Shown: piece by piece, positions 59,083 through 64,000 of the stretch
Layout: each line of letters opens with the position of its first letter
Position numbering within the stretch: position 1 is the first letter of the stretch
DNA from: Candidatus Omnitrophota bacterium
GTDB taxonomy: Bacteria; Omnitrophota; Gorgyraeia; B26-G9
Length of the DNA: 64,000 bases
Direction: 5' to 3'
Assembly: GCA_043805415.1 (NCBI GenBank)
Contig: JAZDHZ010000039.1
Coordinates: 14,554 to 78,553 of the forward strand
Program-made: the position numbers and the translations under genes
The notes under the pieces: generated by a model
What the model was told of the DNA's origin: nothing
The model's input: the letters and a program-made list of their open reading frames with translations, nothing else
Databases searched by the model: none

Positions 59083-61365
59083 CTATATCGCTGAATAAAT
59101 CGGATTAATCATGTCTTGCGGATCAAGTTTATGTTTATCAATGCCATGTCGAACCAAAGTATTTACTACTTGTTCAATGTTATGTTTGGTTGCGGGATCA
59201 TTGCTGTCATGCAGTTGTTGCTGTAATATATCAACAGCGCTTGGGTGATCTCTGCACATACTAAATACCCAATGCAGGATTGCTTTACGGATAACCGGCT
59301 CAGGATGCGATAAATATTTTAACAGCAAAGCAAAAATTTGATTAAAAGAATCACGGGCAGTGCGCTCCGCCATTGTGATTAAGGCTTCAACTCCGGCATA
59401 TTGTGCGTCCAGAGACGATCCCTGACTGATCAAATTTTCAAGTTCAGGCAGAAAAGACATGTCTCCCACATCAGCGACATTAAGCGCTGCGCCTATTTGC
59501 AGTTCAGGCACAGGCAGGCTTAGGTTAAGCAGCATGTTTTGCTTAAAGGCAGAATAAAATCCATTATCATCTTGTCCGTTGATGTATTCCAAGACAAAAT
59601 ATCCCATGCCGATAATACCGCCCAGCTTTGTTTCAGCTGTGTTTGGCTGCGCGGAAAAAATATTTACAGTTTGTTCGGTTAAGCGCTTGCTTAATATTTT
59701 GTTTGCCTGGTTCGTGATTGTTTGAGCGGGAGCGCCGCTGATTTGCGTGCCGACAAGCACTGTATTTTCAATAGGAAAAAAGTTGGATATTTCCCGGATG
59801 TACTCTGCGATATATTTGCCTATGGTTTTGTACAGCAGTTCAGCATCTTTTTTTTCTTCGGTATTTCCGCTTTCAAGCATTTGTTTAAAAACTTTTGGGA
59901 TAATATTTTCATCTTTAATATGATATTTCTCTACAAAGCCTAACTTCTTAGCAATATGAATAATGCCTTTAAAAGACATATAATTACCGGCTTTACCTTT
60001 GTAATAAGGATCAGTGCTGGTCTGATCAGCCATGTCGATAATGACTTTATTAAATTCTCCGAATATGCGGGGCGCTTTTCCGGAACCGTCTAAATACCCC
60101 GCGCACAAGGTTGTGCCAAAGCGCAGCAAGAGAAGGTTACGCGTATTGCTGGAAACAGCAAAAGCTTTAACTTGGCCATTGCCGTCATTTTCAACAAGGC
60201 AGGGCACATTGTTGAACTCTTTTGAAAAAATTCCGCGCAAATCTTTCCACATATCCAGGCTTTGATACGAGAAATCCCGAATCACGCCTAAAGGAATATC
60301 AACAGGATAGCCTTCTTTTGTTCTGGCGCCAATGGTTATGCCGATGCCGTCAGGCTGAATATTGTTTTCCAAGACTAGGCGTTTAGCCTGTTGGATAATC
60401 CGGTTTAATAATGTTTGAGCATCATTGCTTTCAGTTTTGTCCCAGGTCCAAATATCAAGGTGTTGGCCGATTAATTCAGGCTTAAGCGAAAAGTCTGAAA
60501 ATACTTTTACAATCCCGATTCTGACCTTTGTTTGCCCTATTTCAATGCCCAGCACATTGGCATGCGCCAAATTCCGGGGAGTTTTGTTAAAACTTTCCTG
60601 AACTTTATTAACCCCCTGAAAAAGCATGTCAACCTCACCGGCAGAGTTTGGGCCTAAAGCAAAAAAGGATGGCTGCTGCTGAAATATAGTCTGCATTTTT
60701 TTTGAACTTACGCGCGCGTTGGATTTGATATCTCCAGGAGACTCGCTGTATTGCGGGTCTTCGATTTGCCGGATATAGTTCGCGAATTCATTGCTGGATG
60801 AATCAATATTTAAACGGGTTAATCCCCAGGTCATCCTAAGATTATTGACAAAAGCACTGCAAAAATCAGCAACTGTTTGCAGCGCCTGATCAGATAATCC
60901 GTGAGGCAGATTAATTTTATAGAAATTTACTTTACCGTATTGTTCCTGCATATAAAGGATGGTGATGGAGTAGAATGTATTATTATCCCGCAGTTGGCTA
61001 AAAGCGCTGATCTCAGCGATTTCATTTCGCCAGCTGGAAATAAAAGGTTTATCGCGAAGCGACAATAAGCGGCTTTCCACTGTAGCAACCAGCGCGGGAT
61101 CAATCCTTTGCTTAGCGTCTTTTTGGTCTTGCGCTGAAATGGGCAGCCAGAAAAAATCCAGCGGTTTTTTTGCCGCGGCCCTGAATGTTGAGCGCAAAAC
61201 ATCATTGCGGATAAACAATTGAGGAGCAAGCACTGTGGAATCAACAGACAGGCTTATGGATTGGTATTGACAGGCAAAGCCCGGGGCAGGCATTATCAGA
61301 ACAATACACAAAAAGAATAGCGCGATTAAAAAATTTAATATTTTTACTGAGTTTTGCATAAACAT
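59083..61365 (-). CDS. Signal-peptide protein with ROK (sugar kinase/repressor)-like domain and C-terminal HEAT repeats
   Basis: VLGIEIGQTKVRIG, DGIGITI, PCLVENDGN, LRFGTTLCAGY, GEFNK. HEAT LLKYLSHPEPVIRKA. Ends IYSAI. Confidence 0.75.
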   Translation of the reverse strand: MFMQNSVKILNFLIALFFLCIVLIMPAPGFACQYQSISLSVDSTVLAPQLFIRNDVLRSTFRAAAKKPLDFFWLPISAQDQKDAKQRIDPALVATVESRLLSLRDKPFISSWRNEIAEISAFSQLRDNNTFYSITILYMQEQYGKVNFYKINLPHGLSDQALQTVADFCSAFVNNLRMTWGLTRLNIDSSSNEFANYIRQIEDPQYSESPGDIKSNARVSSKKMQTIFQQQPSFFALGPNSAGEVDMLFQGVNKVQESFNKTPRNLAHANVLGIEIGQTKVRIGIVKVFSDFSLKPELIGQHLDIWTWDKTESNDAQTLLNRIIQQAKRLVLENNIQPDGIGITIGARTKEGYPVDIPLGVIRDFSYQSLDMWKDLRGIFSKEFNNVPCLVENDGNGQVKAFAVSSNTRNLLLLRFGTTLCAGYLDGSGKAPRIFGEFNKVIIDMADQTSTDPYYKGKAGNYMSFKGIIHIAKKLGFVEKYHIKDENIIPKVFKQMLESGNTEEKKDAELLYKTIGKYIAEYIREISNFFPIENTVLVGTQISGAPAQTITNQANKILSKRLTEQTVNIFSAQPNTAETKLGGIIGMGYFVLEYINGQDDNGFYSAFKQNMLLNLSLPVPELQIGAALNVADVGDMSFLPELENLISQGSSLDAQYAGVEALITMAERTARDSFNQIFALLLKYLSHPEPVIRKAILHWVFSMCRDHPSAVDILQQQLHDSNDPATKHNIEQVVNTLVRHGIDKHKLDPQDMINPIYSAI

Positions 61366-61400
61366 AATTTTAAGGGTTAATAAAATTTATAAAACTTTAA

Positions 61401-61429
61401 AACATACCATAAAATCAATAATATTGCAA
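61401..61429 (-). promoter_or_regulatory. Sigma70-type promoter of the ROK-HEAT gene
   Basis: Minus strand TTGCAA-17 bp-TATGTT with extended TG. Confidence 0.55.
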
Positions 61430-61624
61430 ACTGGCTATATTGCTGATTGGCTCAGGCCCTAAGGCAGGCAGATTCTTCGCGCTAAGATAAGCCTTGAGTT
61501 AAAAATAGGGGATAATTAAAGTAAACTTTTGCAGGCAAAGCGATGAATTTTAAAGCCTTGATTTTTTACTTTATTACAGTTTTCTTTTTATGGTATAATC
61601 AGATTTCAAAAGGATTTACTGTTT

Positions 61625-62902
61625 ATGAAAAATCTTATTATAATTTATATTTGCCTGACAATCACTTGTTTCACAGCCAGGGGCTTTGCGTTTAGTGTTG
61701 ATTATGACGGTGACGGAGTTCCAGATGCTGTTGGGTCTTCGGGTAATGTGCCGATGCCGTCGGCACCGACGCGGGTTGATTATCCTTCAAACTCAAGTTC
61801 AAATTCAAACCGTTCAGCTGCTCCGGCGCAGTCTGTTCCCCGGGCACCTAAACCGCCTTCTACGGAACAAGTTATTTCTAATACCATAACCTTAGGGATC
61901 ATGGAGATGATGTTAAATGAAGTTTTTGCGCCTACGCCTACTGGCCCTTCACCTGAAGAGCTGCAGCGTATTGAAGCAGAAAGATTACGCGTGGAAGAAG
62001 AAAAACGTCAGCAATTTCTCCGCGGGAATAATCAGCTTACCGGAATGCTCAAAGGCGCAAGCTATACCACGGAAACTTCCGGCACCAGTCAAACCGGTGA
62101 ACTGAAATTAAAAACAATGCCGTCTGCTTCTGACGCAGCGCACCGGGATTTTTTCGGACAGCCGGCCGCGGAAGGAGCGAGTGTGCAGTTGCTGCGCAAT
62201 GCCGGTCCAACGGAAAATGATTTTAGCGAAATCCGGCAGCAGCAGAATCAGATGGATGAATTATTAGCTAAACCGCAATTAAGCTCAGCTGAGCAAGCAG
62301 AGTTAAATGCTTTGCAAGCAAAGCGCAACAACTTGTGGCAAAAAGCCGCCAGCAATCAGGATTTAACCCAGGAAGAAAGAGAACGTTTGCAGTTAAAAAT
62401 GCGGGTAGCGACGACCCAACTCGGCGATCATCCAATGGTTGATGCCCGCGCTTTGGTAGAGAAAGAACGCTGGACTGATCCTTATCTGGATGTGGCCATG
62501 GCCGCAGGCAAGGGCGGCGCGACCAGCTTAGGGGTGTCTGGCATAGAAGAAGGCGGCAAAATGTTTCTGGGTAAAGCTCCGGGTTTTGACGAGCTTTTAA
62601 CTGTGGGGAAATTAGGCGCGGAAACACCGAAGAACACAGCGGAAAAAACCATGGCTGTAATTGATTATGGACTGACCAAAGCGCCATCCTGGGCAATGCT
62701 TGCCGACGGAGCAGTTAATTCTGTGGGAGCTGGCACGCGTCAGGCGATTGTGCGTTATTGGGCAGACAAAGACAGCAGTCAGTATTATGATCCTACTCCA
62801 GTGCAAACCGCTAAAACTAAATGGAATGATTGGTGCTCGAATCAAAATGATTGGACCAGGGCAGCGCTTAACCGCGTGGGCGCCGGAGAATTTAATAAAT
62901 GA
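61625..62902 (+). CDS. Exported hypothetical protein
   Basis: Signal peptide (..RGFA), DYDGDG motif, Pro/Ser-rich linker, coiled coil. Upstream TGGTATAAT at 61591. Confidence 0.7.
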   Translation: MKNLIIIYICLTITCFTARGFAFSVDYDGDGVPDAVGSSGNVPMPSAPTRVDYPSNSSSNSNRSAAPAQSVPRAPKPPSTEQVISNTITLGIMEMMLNEVFAPTPTGPSPEELQRIEAERLRVEEEKRQQFLRGNNQLTGMLKGASYTTETSGTSQTGELKLKTMPSASDAAHRDFFGQPAAEGASVQLLRNAGPTENDFSEIRQQQNQMDELLAKPQLSSAEQAELNALQAKRNNLWQKAASNQDLTQEERERLQLKMRVATTQLGDHPMVDARALVEKERWTDPYLDVAMAAGKGGATSLGVSGIEEGGKMFLGKAPGFDELLTVGKLGAETPKNTAEKTMAVIDYGLTKAPSWAMLADGAVNSVGAGTRQAIVRYWADKDSSQYYDPTPVQTAKTKWNDWCSNQNDWTRAALNRVGAGEFNK

Positions 62903-63792
62903 AAATAATCTGTTTAATATTTAGTTTTTTAATGATCATGCCCGCGGCTTGGGCTGATGAATTTGCTCTGCCTAAAAACCTGAGCATTGCTTTGCCTAAA
63001 GACGGATCAGTTAAGATTGAGTGGATTGCTCCGCCTTTAGCGGAAAACCAGGTGCAAAAAGCCAATCTTCAGCAGCAGCGGTTTCATTTGGACAGCCGCG
63101 GCGCGGCTTGGGTTTGTTATAATCAGAAATACCTGGCTGATTTTTCTTCAGGCCTGAGTTTTTCCCTGAAACAGCCGATTCAGGATTTTGTTTTTCTCAA
63201 AGATAATGCTTTGTTTTTGCTTACTGACAAAAGTTTAGTTACAGTTGCTCTGTTTAGCCAAGATAAGCTTAGCTATAAGCCAATCTTGGAATTATTGTTT
63301 CAGCCGGTATGCGGCTTGCCTTTAACTCAATGCGGTTTAATCGCTGATCCCTCAGGCAGGATGTTTATTTTTGGTTTTGACGCGAAAAACCGCCAATACG
63401 CTGTTTATCAATTACTTAAGGATTTTTCTTCTTGGCGCAAAATCTTTGTCTCTAATGAAAAAATATTTTGCGCGGCTGCCCAAACAGACGCGGTATATAT
63501 TGCTAGCGGCAGAATGATATTTAAGATTCCGCTGAAGGCCAAAGAAGCAGAAAAAATTATATTTTCCCATCCCCTGGAAACCATTCAGTCACTAGCGTAT
63601 ATTAGCGGAACAGGCTTGTTTTATGCTACTGCCAGCGGCATGGGCCTGGTCACTGAGCAAGGTGGTTTAGAGTTCATGAAAAGCCAGCAGCCGCAAACCG
63701 CGGCCTGGCAAGACCAGTTATATGTTTTTTTGCCAAACAGTTTAGGACTTTTGCGTTTAACTAATACAAATCAATTGACCAGCAAACAATAA
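62899..63792 (+). CDS. Exported hypothetical protein, beta-propeller-like
   Basis: Signal peptide (..AAWA), short beta-strand units (GLIADPSGRMFI, VYIASG, GLFYAT). ATGA overlap with the upstream gene. Confidence 0.65.
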   Translation: MKIICLIFSFLMIMPAAWADEFALPKNLSIALPKDGSVKIEWIAPPLAENQVQKANLQQQRFHLDSRGAAWVCYNQKYLADFSSGLSFSLKQPIQDFVFLKDNALFLLTDKSLVTVALFSQDKLSYKPILELLFQPVCGLPLTQCGLIADPSGRMFIFGFDAKNRQYAVYQLLKDFSSWRKIFVSNEKIFCAAAQTDAVYIASGRMIFKIPLKAKEAEKIIFSHPLETIQSLAYISGTGLFYATASGMGLVTEQGGLEFMKSQQPQTAAWQDQLYVFLPNSLGLLRLTNTNQLTSKQ

Positions 63793-63811
63793 AATAAACA
63801 AAGGAGAGATA

Positions 63812-64000
63812 ATGCAGCAGAAGCGTTTTCAGGGATTATGGATATTGAGTTTACTGCCTTTTATATTGATCAGCTGCGCGACGGTAAGCGCGCCGATTTA
63901 TGACGCGACATGCGTTAATGATGCCGCAATGGTTCGCCAGCTGATTGCCCAGGGTTATAATGTTAATGCTACTGATCAGTTTTCGTATACTCCTTTGCAT
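63812..64000 (+). CDS. Ankyrin-repeat lipoprotein, 5' part (truncated by window end)
   Basis: RBS AAGGAG. MQQKRFQGLWILSLLPFILISC lipobox, then MVRQLIAQGYNVNATDQFSYTPLH. Confidence 0.85.
   Translation, partial: MQQKRFQGLWILSLLPFILISCATVSAPIYDATCVNDAAMVRQLIAQGYNVNATDQFSYTPLH

Noticed and set aside
61425-61500. Minus-strand GGCCTGAG..ATAGCCAGTTTGCA resembling the 3' half of a c-di-GMP-I riboswitch
   Set aside because: The 5' GGCAAAC/GAAA/GCAAAGC elements are absent, and it lies upstream of the predicted promoter (61401-61429).

Overview
AT-rich bacterial chromosomal window. Gene content is suggestive of a PVC/Omnitrophota-like diderm; that is an inference, not tested. Left to right: (1) gyrA 3' end, archease, rtcB, serS and a membrane HExxH peptidase. 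(2) A c-di-GMP block (HD-GYP, HEAT partner, FIST, PAS-GGDEF-EAL, GGDEF-PilZ). (3) A ~16.5 kb Wzx/Wzy polysaccharide locus carrying a clan GH-A hydrolase, a B12-radical SAM enzyme, two methyltransferases and a deacetylase. (4) tRNA-Ser(UGA) followed by a structured element built from direct and inverted copies of the tRNA 3' end, a 57-bp direct repeat and a GIY-YIG gene broken by a 20-bp tandem duplication. (5) A 2449-aa signal-peptide protein concatenating normally cytoplasmic enzyme domains. (6) A 1047-aa repeat surface protein, uup and a hydrolase. (7) A complete F1Fo operon whose alpha subunit carries a C-terminal PTS EIIA domain and whose epsilon lacks its C-terminal domain. (8) RND plus TolC, an exported ROK-HEAT protein and a secreted-protein operon. 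The two best candidates for undescribed biology are the AtpA-EIIA fusion, and a shared N-terminal 'signal peptide + LAPxL' and C-terminal '[VI]xxAI-stop' signature on two otherwise unrelated enzyme-cargo proteins. All domain calls are by motif recognition; no database searches were run.
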